Assembly (NCBI GenBank): GCA_024704765.1 | Contig: JAKMXF010000332.1 | Location: forward strand, 194,259-258,258 | From: Oopsacas minuta | Lineage: Eukaryota > Animalia > Porifera | Reading direction: 5' to 3' | Length of the DNA stretch: 64,000 bases | In this document: in pieces, positions 40,388 through 53,442 of the stretch | How the letters are laid out: the number at the start of each line of letters is the position of its first letter | Numbering within the stretch: the first letter of the stretch is position 1 | Notes under the pieces: generated by a model | The model's database searches: none | Told to the model about the DNA's origin: nothing | The model's input: the letters and a program-made list of their open reading frames with translations, nothing else | Made by a program: the position numbers and the translations under genes

Positions 40388-41686
40388 TAAATGTATTATG
40401 AGAAGTAGAAATATCAACTAGACGATATAGTAATGTAGATATCAAAAAATATGAATAAGGATAATCAATAAGTATGCAAGAATTCATCTTGAAGTTATGG
40501 GACAGGACTTAAAACGCACCGTGCATATACACTACTCAAATACAAATACTTGCACACCACTCAATATACTATTCTATATCCAGGCGATACAGCGAATATT
40601 TGAATACGCATACTATACCTGAAAAGTGGCGTCACGAACATAAGACAAGGATGGATAAAAGATGAACACCTTTCCTCTGTCCGAAATGTTTTCCATTCGT
40701 ACACACAATGTCCTAAAAGTCAACACCTCTATGTTGACACATTGGCTGTTCCCCATTGTTTCTTCCCGAATGTTTTACGAGTGTGAAGTTTTCAGACTAA
40801 TCCGCTGGGATAATTTCGGTCTCGAATTTAACTCACTTATACTCATCAGATTTAGACGAAATTAGTATCATTCGAAAGAGGAGAGTTGCACGTTTACACT
40901 TTATGTTTTGTTTGAGAAAAATTTACTTATATTTACTTTTTTGGTTAGAATTTTTCGAGCCACGACTCCCTCAAATTCCCTAATTACAAGTCAAAATTAG
41001 ATTCTGAAATCCTCAATATAGAATTTTTAGATCAATTCTTTAAGTTATTTCTCATCAGAACCTCTTCAAATTTGTAGATTCCTTCTGTCAATTACCCTAA
41101 AGACAGTAGACTGTTTTCAGTACTTTTATTTACGAGCGTGAAGTTGGCTAAATATTCGACCGGCAGTACTTCAGCCATTAACTTGGCTAACTTTCCATGG
41201 TTCGAATGTAGACATTTCTGGACCATTCGGAAGAAGAGATACAGACGTTTCTGAAAATGAATTTATATTTCATAAACTTTTATCATTTCTAATAGAAATT
41301 GGTGCATACAACCCGCAGTAGTTCACATATGAATCTAGTATACTTGACCAATTATTTTTTCCTGAAATCAAGGGCGTAGATTCCTGCTGCATGGAATTTC
41401 TGTGTTTAAAGTATTACGCTCAAATAGTCATAACTTTTTGAGATATTACGTAGGTTTGAAAACTGTCTTGTTTGAGTCAAGTCTCTATTAGATTTGTACT
41501 AAGCACACAAATTTAATGAAACATTCTAATCCATTCTAACTATAGTAACGCATAACAGATTACTGAAATATCAACTGTTTGATCTCAGTTGACTCATTAT
41601 GAATTGTTCAACGAATTATAGAATTTTCAAAGTAATTTGTTATGTCATAGTATTTGGTGTCCATATATTCCTAAATTGATTAAGTA

Positions 41687-42976
41687 CACCGTGTCTAATA
41701 AGTTCTGTCCTCATATTTCACATCTCATTGTATAGTTACTTGTGAACACCAAGAAGTTTTAGATGCATAATTTGTAACATTTTTTCTGCTCTTTCTAGCG
41801 ATATAATAGGCTTCTACATAATATTGTTTGCACTTGCGAAAATAATGACTGAAAAAATTAGATCCAAATTTATCGCATATTTCGAAACAGGTAGTTCAAA
41901 AAGGGAAATTTTTCAAAAGCTAAAAAATGGAAGGGTTTCACCTAAGTTACTATATCGTACCGTAAAACGATATAAGGATACTGGAAGCTTGAGTGACAAA
42001 CCTACGTAGATCCGGTCGTCCAAGGCCTGTAAGGATTCCAGCCTTGAAAAAAAGTCCGCTGCCGAATTTCTCGGAATCCCCGGAGATCCATCAGAAAATG
42101 GCCCGTGAGTTATCGGTTAACCATGAAACGATGAAAAAGCTAGTAGTTGAGGATCTATGGCTAAGGTCTTTTACAAGAAAGAAGGTACACCACCTTAACC
42201 CGAGTATTCAGACGAAGAAGCTGGTAATATCGAAAGCACTTCTTCAGCGGTTCGTCCTGGGGCCCAAGACCAGAAGGTCTTCTCAGGTGATAATTTTCAC
42301 GGGTAAAGAGGCTTGTAACAGACTGAATGATCGGATTCTTGCTACCAGTTCTACAAACAATCCCAGAAAACCTGAAATACATCGATAGAGTGCAGAAGCC
42401 ATTGTCAGTGATGGCCTGGGGTGGTGAGTCCACAAATGCACGGACTAATCTGATTTTTGTCCGTCAAGGGGTCAAAATCAACTCAGCAACATACTAAGAA
42501 TTGATATTGGAACAGGAGATCAGTGTAGCTGGACAAAATCTATCTAGAAATAACACTTGGATCCTTCAACAGTATTCTGCCCCTGTTCATGGACCCCCAA
42601 AAGCACTCAAGACTGGTTAAGGGAAAGAAACATCGAGTTTATTAGCAAAGACGAATGGTCCCCCATCTAGTCCAGATTTTAATCCGCTCGATCATAGTGT
42701 CTGGGCAAATCTGAAAGCAAGTGCCTGTGCTAAACCTCACAAGAGTTTAGACTCTATGAAGCTCTCCCTTTAGCGTGAATGGCAGAAAATACCACAAGAT
42801 GAGCTGCGAAATGCAGTAGGGAACTTTAGGATGCAGCTATAGGCTGTAATTTCTCAAAAGGGAGGATATATTGAGTAAACACTTTACTAAACAATTTATG
42901 ACAAAATATTTTGTTAGTTTGTAAGATATCAACCAAATTTGTTAAATATAGAAAATATCGCTTATTAGACACCCTG
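41687..42976 (+). mobile_element. maT (DD37D) element, disrupted, nested in MULE-NOF copy A
   Basis: Termini CACCGTGTCTAATAAG and CTTATTAGACACCCTG with TA TSD; 1290 bp. Motifs RSGRP, PSSPDFNPLDH and GGYIE*. Confidence 0.9.
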
Positions 42977-44099
42977 TATATTCAATGTCTGAAATATCGA
43001 GTAGAAATGGATAATTCAGAGTTATTTGCTAAACTTCGGTGAATTTATCAAGTAAGGTTAGATGTACCCTAAAATAATTTTAATAGATACATATTCATAT
43101 GATGATTTTCCCATACGAATCACTGTTGCTGAAAGTAAACCTCTGGAAATAGTCCTTTGGAATTTGTATCAATATTATCTTATATTTCATCCATTCATTG
43201 ACAAACTCTTTTATTTTTATCACTTTCATCAAAAAATCTTTCATGACTCTACAAATCCAAACTCTTACACAAGTCTTATTGACTTAGGTTTGTTTTCTAT
43301 TTTCAATATACAGTATTTCCCGATTAGTACGCCGGGACGATTATATATTTCGAGGTCCCTTCAGGGAGGCGCTTATTCGAAAAGGGATACTTTCTATTCG
43401 AGGATAAAGGTATCTAAATTCTGCCTTATTTACCAAAGATTGTATTATTTAAATTTCGAATTATACTTTCGTTTCGACCTTCTTTCAATGGAACCAAATA
43501 GTTTCATTGCTTCAAGTGAATCAATATTTCAAAATGTAACTTCATTCTTTCTATTTAAATTATTTCCGTCTCATCGGAATGCGTGGTAGATGTGTAGTAA
43601 TCGATTGCTATAACAAAGTAAGATTTATCTTGACCCCTTTTCTGTTGAGTACGACGCATGTAGTATATCTATGTTCCTTTTATAGTTCCACGAAAGCTTC
43701 AGCTGTTACTTTTTTATATTGAGCCCACTTTCAATTCATACAAAGAGGTTGTGAGTTCACTTTCTGTTGACCCTAGCCTTAGCGATTCTATTGGAGCATT
43801 ATTTGTAAAAAACTACATTGCCGAAATAATCTGGCTCAACGAAAATCTATTTATTTGAAATGGAACAATAATTACACAATATCCGTGTATTATTCGAGGG
43901 AGTAATCCCTTTATCAATCTCACCCCAGCAATCTATAGATTTCATACCGTTAAATCGCTTTCTCCATTTCCACCATCTCTACAGAGTGCAACAAAATCAT
44001 TGATTGTAAATTATAGTCTCGACTGAAGGCTTTGTAGGAAATTCTCACTTTATATAAGCTGTGATTGTATTTTGGTTATAAGAACATCCTCTGGCACTA

Positions 44100-44268
44100 C
44101 AGTAGACTATGCTGAATAGGGCTACCGTTTAATCGGGTCACTTGACGAGATACAGAACCATACAAATAGTGTTAAATAACTCTGGTTAATCGGGCCAACG
44201 CCTTTATTCCGCTTAATCGGGTCAAAATGGACAGGTATCAATGTGATCGCATTAAGCGGAGTCTACTT
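44100..44268. mobile_element. pogo/Tigger-type MITE
   Basis: Ends TA-CAGTAGACT and AAGCGGAGTCTACT; internal TTAATCGGG motif three times. Confidence 0.55.
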
Positions 44269-45248
44269 ATATTTACATAGGCACCAAGTTTGGGTACCTT
44301 GGGGGTTCTGAAGTCTCTGACTCCCCAGGCTTTGAAGTTGAGACAGTATTCATGTGAAATTTACATAGAAGTCCTAGTAATTTCGTAATGTAACCTTCCA
44401 GGTTTAATTTAGTTTCTAAATATGGGTGCCAATGTCTATATATGAAGTTAACATAATTTGCATGTGTTTAAAACTGTTGCTCTTATATCAGGCCTGGAGG
44501 AACAGATTTTGAAGTGGTCCAGTTAACAGTAACAAGCCCTAAGAAACTGGTCCAGTTAAAATCTCACTTAACATAGCAGTACAAAACTAACAGCACCAAA
44601 AGTGGTTAACCCGGACAGCGCCTGCTATATCATGCGCCCACTGTATTCAAGTTTGAAATAGCAGTAGTTGTTTGTGTCCTATTGTACGTATATTTGAAAT
44701 TCCTGGAGGGCGTAGTGAGTGTAGGTACAGTTTGGCATATAGGGTAACAACAAACCGCCCACCTGTTGAATCTCTATTAAAACCCTGTTTATTTGAGGCC
44801 CTGTACTACTTATATATATTTATCAAGTAGATTCAGGCATACTCCTGCTGTCCTAATCTTCGGTTATGTATTTCTATATCTGATTCCTTATATATAGCTT
44901 AGCTATAATACATTTTTAATAATAATACAAAAACATAATGGCCTCATTCGAAATGGTGACTTTCATTAATCCGAAAAAATGAAATATCCTTGATGTTAGA
45001 AAAGCTGATACAAAATACTGTACTTAGTATAGCTATCTATAAGCTATTTGTTTCTTTCTCTGCAGCTTCTATATTTACCGATATTAGCTTACTCATTATG
45101 CACCTATCGATGGGGTCTCAAAGTCCTTCTATCGGGTTCTGGCATTAAGTGAGGATTTATGGGGGATTTAACCCCAAATTGTGCGAGCATAGGATATCTA
45201 GACTTATAACATTACATAAGTAAAGATAATTTTCTCCCTAGTAACCTA

Positions 45249-46575
45249 CAGGGTGTTAAGAAATTGATGTCCCATTTTATAACCGCCGCTATTCTCTAGT
45301 TTAATCCAAATATATATGGTATTACTTTCCTATGTAATCTCCATGCAGTTTAGACATTTTCTAATTCGACCAGGCATCCTAGCTATGAGTCTTTCTAGTG
45401 TCTCCGGTGAGATTTCTTTCCAGGCCAAATTTAACTGTTTTTCTAAGACTTTTAAGTTGGTTACGCGCTCCATTGCATCCAGCTTGGTTTGCAAAGTAGC
45501 CCAGAGGTTTTCGATAGGATTTAAGTCTGGTGAGTTCGGAGGACATATTTCTTTTGTCCAAAAACCTGCCATATTGTTTTTCAACCACTCCTGGCTTCTT
45601 TTAGAATTATGTGCCGGGGGCTCCATCTTGTTGAAAAATTGCTTGGGACCTATCTGGCAACAATTTTCTCTCTGGGATCGTCCCTGAATCTCTCGTTCGA
45701 AGTAAGCTGGATGTTAGAGACTGTTTCAATATGACTTCCACATAATAGTCTGATGTCACAGTTTGTCTTTCGGGATTATATGAAGGTCTGAGAGTCCTTG
45801 GGATGACATCACACCGCATACCATGATTTTTCCAGGATATTTGACTTTTTCAGTGGGAGGGACATCAACCTTGGATTTCGCCCACACACGGTCGTTTTGC
45901 TTATTCGGAATGTGGAATAGCTCAAAAGAGGACTCATCTAAGAATATGACTCTTTTCCAGGTGTTAATTGACCAATCCTTCCTCTCATTGCAGAATTTTA
46001 GTCGAACTGTCCTCTGTTTTTCTGTCAATTTTGGTTGAACCTGCGGTTTGTAGGATCGAACATTGAGATTTTACGCAAGTACGAGTGTCATAAGAGATAG
46101 AAAACCCCTTAGATTGGAGATTCTTGGAGATATATCGTGTAGACTTCATCTTTTTAGCGATGGCCTTAGCAATTACCACTTTAGGTACCATAGTGATGGA
46201 CGTTTTTCCTTCTACGGCCCTTCATGTTCTGTAGAGACTCACCGGCCTTGAACCTCAGTAACCAGCGTCGAATGGTACGGGTAGATACACCTACAAGTTT
46301 AGCAACCTGATGAATCAATATACACGCTTCTATAAAGGAAACTGCACGTATACGGGTGTTTGGAGTGCTTCTTTAACAATATCAATTTCTAGTATATTAT
46401 AGATAGGAATATTTGAAAAATTGTGTATTTTGAGTAGAAAGAATTTTGGAAATTAACTGAAATTTAATAACTAAGGTAATTTTGAGTATGATTATAGAGT
46501 TAAAACATGATTCATTAAGTGAAATTGTGGTTCTATTTCATTACCAAAAGGGGACATCAATTTCTTAACACCCTG
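45249..46575 (-). mobile_element. DD37E ITm element, disrupted
   Basis: 25-bp TIR CAGGGTGTTAAGAAATTGATGTCCC with TA TSD; 1327 bp. Motifs FLDES, QQDGAP and PDLNPIE with 37 spacer residues. Confidence 0.93.
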
Positions 46576-47598
46576 TACATAAGAGATAAGACAGGGTATT
46601 TGACATTTGAAATGTCCCAAGGGGTGTGAAATTTGAAAAATCTTCGTATCAATTAATGGACAAACGATAGAAATAGACTTTGATTACATTAAAATTGAAG
46701 ATAAAAATCTAACCAGAATATATATGTGAATCCTTATAGTTTCATAACTTCTGCTGCATACTGAGAGGTACATAACAACTAAATGCATCAACTCGTAACT
46801 CTACAAATTAAGACTATACAAGGATTATATAATCTAATAATTTGATTATTCATTTCTACTCGAAATTTCAAACATTTATTATGTTTAATCTATTTTGGAA
46901 TAGACACCAAATACTATGACATAATCAAAATACTTAGCATATTCTATAATTCATTGAGTAATTCCTAATGAGTCAACTAAGATCAAACAGTTGATATTGC
47001 AGTAATCTGTTATGCGTTACTATTGTTACAATGGATCAGAAGGTTTCATTAAATTTGTGTGCTTAGTACAAATCTAATAGAGACTCGACTTCAACAAGAC
47101 CGCTTTAAAACCTAATTATCTCAGAATGTTCAACTATTTGAACTTAATATTTTAAACACATAAATTCCATGCCCATGATTTCAGAAAAAATATGATTACG
47201 TAACTTAATATGCTTATTGTAGCATAGTGATATCCTCCTTTGTTTAGATTTTTGCTCTTCTTTGGTATTTTTGCATTTATTGATGTATTTGGTGTTTCAT
47301 ATTCTTCTCTTATTTTCATTGTTTCAATTTTTTCTGAATTGTCTTTTCTGATATTCTTTCATATTAGATTTCACTGTGAGGGGGCATGATTTTTCTCAAA
47401 TTGTGGCGTGCTCGTATTGGCTTGCACTCTCTAATAATCGTATGCCCAAACTTCGCTGGAATATCTTTTGACTCTCTGGCTCTGTCTATTGCAACTTCAT
47501 CTGACCTACTGTCTGCTCTTTGTGCTTGTGTGACTCTTCTCCACATTTGCATCATTGAGATCAATCAGGATCGATCACACTAACTCAAAATACGAATC

Positions 47599-48041
47599 CA
47601 GGGTGGGCAAACTACAGCCCCCGGGCCTGGTCCAGTTCGCCTTGCTTAAATTTTCTGACTGCTCTAATTATTTGATCACTGTCTTACTCTTCCTTCGCAT
47701 TCGGAATTTTTGTCCCATTGAGAATTTTATTAAGTGATCTAGGAGATGTATAAATGACACAAAGTGAACCTTCCGCGATACCTTCCTGACCTATCAATGA
47801 ATTTGTTCTAGTTTTTATTCCTAATCCTGTCTTGGTACTGCTTTGAAATTACAAGAATCAGCTGCATTGCTCTCATTAACAATATTAGTGAAATATTATG
47901 TATAATTATTGTTTCCATTACAATTATCTAGGAGAGTTTCTGTAAAAATTAGAACATGGAAAGTAGTCGTTGGCTAATGCGGCCCGAATCAAAATTTGGA
48001 ATTAGAATGCAAGCCGCGCAGAAAAATGTATGCCACCCCTG
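47599..48041. mobile_element. hAT Charlie-type non-autonomous remnant
   Basis: Starts CAGGGTGGGCAAACTACAGCCCCCGGGCC and ends GCCACCCCTG. No matching 8-bp TSD. Confidence 0.45.
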
Positions 48042-48559
48042 GGTACTAATCACTAACAAGGTAATTAATTACTTTAGTTTACTAATGTTCTTCATTCCGT
48101 AATTTTGTATATTTATTTAATTGCCCGCATATTTTAGGATTACCTAGGGATATTATCTTAATGGTTAGCTTCATGATCTCAACTTTTCGTTTTTTGATGC
48201 TTTGATTCACAAGATGTCTGTTAGTGCTAAAACTTCTAAATCTATGCAGAGGATCCATTTGCAAAAGGGTTCTATTCTTGTAATAAACCTAACAAGGGAC
48301 AAACTATTTAAAGTGGAACAACAACTCCTGCAACATGAAGTCTATTGTCAGAAGTGGTTTCGCTAGAAGTTCCCATTTGAAATGTACAGTAAATTTCTCT
48401 TGTTCAGATGAAGAGTTTTAAGTGAGTTTTAGGATTGCCAAATTAGCTATTTCAAAGGGAGCATCAATATTAGCATCTAGTATTGCTAAGTGGTACATTG
48501 TTGCCTCAACAATACAACAAGCTTATTATAAATGGAGAAATCTGTGATTTTTTCACTCT

Positions 48560-49698
48560 TGCACCACAAATATGCTTGTCAATTGATGTTTTGTTCAAAC
48601 AGACAAATGCGAACTTATTTTGGAGTGACGAGTCACTTTATTATTGAGTTTAAATTGTAGAGTGTCATGTTTACGACGATCTCATTGGTCACACGCGTTG
48701 AATATATTCTCCAACATTTTGAGGAGATATTGTCATTATTGGTATCAATGGTAGACTAGTGATATGAAGAAAGCTTTCTGTCTCCTTGATGTTTGTGTTA
48801 CTGGGGATCAAGATGATATTGATGGGAATGAAAATTATGATAAGGAGGAACCAATATTGATTTTTGGACGGATGAACTGTCATTTCAACTCCACTTTAAA
48901 GTTATATGTCATCACTTATGTTTCGATCACACATGGCAACTTGTTGTTAAAGATGGCCTGAAAAATGCAATACAGATTCAAGAGTATTGGAAAAATCTTT
49001 CATGTGACTCACTCATCCCAATCCTGTGACCTCTTCGAAAATGATCTGAAATTCAGGTGGCTAATGCGACAAGATGGAACTCTCAACTAACATGATTACA
49101 TCATTACTTCTATCTGACTCAAATATGCAGATCCTTGATTTACCCGTACACACAATGCTTTTCTGAAATTGGCGCCAAACATCTGATCGAAATCCAAGGT
49201 GAGAACCAAGTGAGAGCTAGTTTACCAGTGATTCGTGGACTCCGAAATGGGATTACTAAATTGGAAATCACATATACATCTCCATTTGTGACAGTCCTCA
49301 AATTATCTCTTAATTCCTCCCTTTCGTATTTTGAAGTGCTTTCACTTGGCTGTTGCACTTGACCCAAGATGGAAGCTAGATTGGTGTACAAATGAGGAGT
49401 CCGCAAGATTGAAGAATTTTATAATTGAAAAAGTAACCTGCAACAAGAGTTATAGATGTGGATTCCACTATGAATTTGTCAAATTCTTTCGAAACTTCAC
49501 CAGTCCCTAAAATGCCCCCGTCAGTTCGAATTCATCCAGTCGTCTCCTAATCCCAGTCAAACCTCTGATGCAGACATTGACCTCAAATCTCAAAAGCAGA
49601 GTGAAGATTATTTCACCAAGCCCTGCTTAGTTGGTGTTACAGATCCTTTGAATTTTGGAAAGTAAATCAATACAAGTATTCAGAATTAGCACATCTTG
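48560..49698 (+). pseudogene. hAT transposase remnant (ZBED1/4-like), cut in its dimerisation domain by MULE-NOF copy B
   Basis: Motifs YFGVTSHFI, CFDHTWQLVVKDGLK, ATRWNSQL, AVALDPRWK and DPLNFWKVNQYKYSELAHL, then an abrupt switch to the element terminus. Confidence 0.8.
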
Positions 49699-51186
49699 AC
49701 GAGTGTGAAGTTGGCTGAATATTCGACTAGCAGTACTTCAACCATTAATTTGACCAACTTCCCATAGTCAGAATGTAAATATTATTAGGCCATTCGAAAG
49801 AAGAGATACGGACGTTTCTGAGAATATATTTATATTTTATAAACTTTCATTTTTTCTATTAGAAATTGGTGTAATTTAACCAGTAGTAGTTCACTTATGA
49901 ATTTAGTATACTTAAACAAATATTTTTCCTGAAGTCATGGGCATGTATTCCTGCTGTATGGACGTTTATGTGTTTGAAATATTATGGTAAAATAAGCAAA
50001 ACTTTTTGAGAGATTTACATTTGAAAACTGGCTTGTTAGAATCGAGTCTCTATTAGATTTGTACTAAGCACACCAATTTAATGAAACATTCTAATCAATT
50101 CTAACTATAGTAACGCATTTAGATTACTGCAATATCTACTGTTTGACCTCAGTTGACTCATTATGAATTACTCAAAGATCAGAATATACTTTCAATTAAT
50201 GCCATAGCATTTACTTTCCATATATTCCAAAATAGATTAAATAATAATCAAAGTTTACATGTCTAGTAGAAATGAATAATTCGGAATTATTGCTAAATTT
50301 CAATGACTTAATCAACTAATGTTAGATGTACCATGAAATCATTCTAATAATATACATATTCACATGATAACTTCCCCATTTGAAATACAAAACACTGTTG
50401 CTGAAGTATAAACTTCTTGAAATAGTCCTTTGGAATTTGTATCAATATTATCTTATATTTCATCCATTCATTGACAAACTCTTTTATTTTTATCACTTTC
50501 ATCAAAAAATCTTTCACGATTCTACAATTCCAAACTCTAATATAAGTCATATTGACTTGGATTTGTTGTCTATTTTCAATATACAGTTTTTCTCGAAAAG
50601 TACGCCGGGACTATTATATATTTCGAGGTTCCTTCAAGGGGGCGATTATTCGAAGAAGGGCTACCTACTATTCAAGGAAAAAGGTATCTAAATTCTTCCC
50701 TATATCAAAGATTGTATTATTTTCTCCACATTTAGAATCATACTTTCGTTTCGACCCTCCTTCAATGGAACCAAATAGTTTCATTACTTAAGTGGAATCA
50801 ATATTTCAAAATGTAACTTTCTTTCTTCCTATTTAAATTATTTCCGTCTCATCAGAACACACGCTTGATGTGTAATAATCAATTGCTATAACGAAAGTTG
50901 AATTTATCTTAGCACGTTTTCTGGTGAGTACGGCGCATATAGTATTTTTATGTCCCTTTTTTAGTTCCACGAGACCTTTAGCTGTTACTTTTGTATATCG
51001 AATCCACTTTCAATTCATACAAACAAGTTGCGAGTTCACTTTCTGTTGCTCCTAGCGTTAGTGATTCTATTTGGGGCATTATTTGTAAAAAACTAGATGG
51101 CCGCAATAATCCTGCTCAACTAAAATCTATTTATTTGAAATGGAGAAATAATTCACACAATATACGTGTGTTATTCGAGCGAATAA

Positions 51187-53442
51187 CACAACTCAACAAG
51201 ATTTCTCATCAGAGATCACATACATTTATCTTAGCATACTTTTGAATGCTGAACTCGAATCTGCAATCAGAATTTCTCTAGCACGTCTAGTTGTTCTGAA
51301 ATCCAATATCCATTTTTCAATAGTATAGTATTACCTAGTTACTAAATTGCTATATGATCATGCCTATTTTTATCCAATTATCTGGAATATAAATGACTTT
51401 ACTTATTTGAAATCAAGTAAATCAAATTATAAACATGCATCGTAATTGTAAAACTCATCTCGACAATTTTTGTTACGTTTGTGGTCATTTTTGCGTAAAA
51501 TCACAAAGACGGCCAATCACAAATCAATTAAAGAACATATACAAATTGACTTCGAATGTCCACTTGGTGACCAAGACAAGTCGTGGGCACCACATGTTAT
51601 ATGCACTTCTTGTTCAAGTGGACTACGTGATTGGTTGAACAAAAGGAAAGTTTCAATGCCATTTGCAATACCCATGGTCTGGAGGGAACAGAAATATCAC
51701 CTGGATGATTGTTACTTTTGCCTTATCGACATTACAGGATTCTCAGCCAAGAATAAGCACGCTCTTGTTTACCCAGACTTGGATTCTGCTCGCAGGCCAA
51801 TTCCACACGACATCTCATTACCAATCCCAATTCCCAAGCCACAGCAAATTAAAATCGGGTCTGATATGGTGGAAGATCTTCATCCAGATTCAACAGATGC
51901 TAATTATGTCCCGGAAGATGAATTACTAGAGCCACAAACATTTACACAGGGAGAATTGAATGACCTAGTCAGGGATCTAGACTTATCTAAAGACAAAGCT
52001 GAACTCCTTGCACCCAGGCTCAAACAGAAAAACCTACTCGACAAAGATGTCCTAGTATCCCACTATCGCAAGCGAAATTTCGATCTCGCTCAATACTACA
52101 CCACTGATGGTCCACTGTGCTATTGTAATGATATCGAAGACTCTATGCAAACCTATTACAAGAACATTCTTCCTCTGATAGGCGCCTTTTCATTGACTCA
52201 TCAAAACACAGTTTGAAAGCTGTTCTGTTGCATAACGGAAATCTAAAGCCTGGCGTTCCAATTGCTCACTCCGTCTATCTCAAAGAAACCTTCGTCAATT
52301 TGCAGGAAGTTTTGGAGGCAATACAGTATAGAACACATATATGGAATATCTGCGGTGATCTTAAGATAATCGGGCTATTGATGGGCTTGCAACAAGGTTT
52401 TACAAAGTATTGTTGTTTCCTATGTCTATGGGACAGCCGATCAACTGGTGAACATGATAAAAAATGTGATTGGCCGAAAAGAACCTATGAAGTGGGGAAA
52501 ACCAATTTACAGCATTCGCTATTGGTAGATCCAAACAAAGTTTTCTTACCACCACTTCATACTAAACTTGGATTATTGAAAACATTCGGATTTCTGCATT
52601 TAGTAGGCAAATTTCCGAAACTAAGCGAGGCAAAGTTAAAAGAGGGAGTATTTGTAGGACCACAAATCAGACAAGTATTCAGAGACCCAGATTTCGAGAA
52701 GACATTATCCGAATTAGAAATGAGTGCTTGGAATCCTTTCAAATGGGTTTGTGAAAACTTTTGGGCAACAAGAAGTCGTCCAACTACAGAGAAGGAGTGG
52801 AAACCTTGCTCAACGCATACAAGAAGATGGGCTGTCGCATGTTGCTAAAACTTCACCTCTTGCACTCTCACCTTTATTTTCTCCCTGAGAACCTTGGTGC
52901 TGTGAGTGATGAACAGAGTGAGAGTTTCCACCAAGACATACAGGAGATGGAAACCCGGTACCAAGGTTTCTGGAATGAGGGCATGATGTCCGATTACTGT
53001 TGGAGGCTCTTCAGGAATAATCCTAACAAGATATATAAAGGAAGTCGTACTCTCAACACTTTTAATTTAGTTAGCTACCTTTATACTTCTAGATGGATAT
53101 GTATTTCCCTTTAGTTTGTGAGTAGTTGATACATGCATGAATGTGAATAATTATATGTAAGAGCTAGGATAATAACTGATATTATCTTGGCATTAATCTA
53201 AAACATCGAAACGTTGATTTATTTCAGATGGCTATCATGTAAGAAGACAAAAGACAGCCACTGCAATAAAATAACAGGAAAAATTTAGGATTACATAAAA
53301 ATCGTTGACTTGTAGATGGAAATAAAACTGGGCGTGCTGGAAAGAATCTGAAAGTAGATTTGAATTCAGCGTAAAATACTAGCTTAGAAAATGTCAATCT
53401 AATACTTGATGAGAAAATGAAGTTAAATTTTGTTGACCTGTG
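51187..53442 (+). mobile_element. Chapaev3 (CMC superfamily) transposon, frameshifted transposase 51435-53070
   Basis: CAC...GTG imperfect TIRs and a 3-bp TSD TAA confirmed by the empty site in copy A (~43892). Motifs NFCYVCG, VWRE...DCYFC, ICGDLK, CFLCLWDSR, LPPLHTKLG and AVSDEQSESFHQD. Confidence 0.85.

Larger units (their letters stand above)
35221..40523 (-). mobile_element. maT (DD37D) element hosting two direct and one secondary nested insertion
   Basis: TIRs CAGGGTGCGTTTTAAGTCCTGTCC and GGACAGGACTTAAAACGCACCGTG. Transposase at ~37966-38990 (FSDENIFT, QQDG, SSDLNPMDY). Length is 1308 bp after removing inserts, and GGYIE* is restored across the inner element. Confidence 0.92.
41132..47192 (+). 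mobile_element. Long-TIR (foldback) MULE-NOF-like element, copy A, internally deleted
   Basis: 41132-44015 (minus the nested maT) is homologous to 49699-53570 (minus Chapaev3). 46830-47192 is the inverted repeat of 41352-43010. Outer right end and TSD were not found. Confidence 0.75.

Noticed and set aside
40777-40790. Third MULE-NOF terminus (ACGAGTGTGAAGTT)
   Set aside because: The match is only 14 bp, similarity stops immediately, and no partner end was found.
43062-43589. 175-aa ORF (and the related 50380-50691 ORF) as a real gene
   Set aside because: Phe/Tyr/Ile-rich reading of AT-rich DNA, the frame is not conserved between the two element copies, and there is no motif.
1911-46575. 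Bacterial IS630 elements or a prokaryotic origin of the window
   Set aside because: Spliceosomal introns, eukaryote-specific hAT, Chapaev, Ginger and Transib elements, and Tc1/mariner-type HTH and TIR structure argue for a eukaryote.
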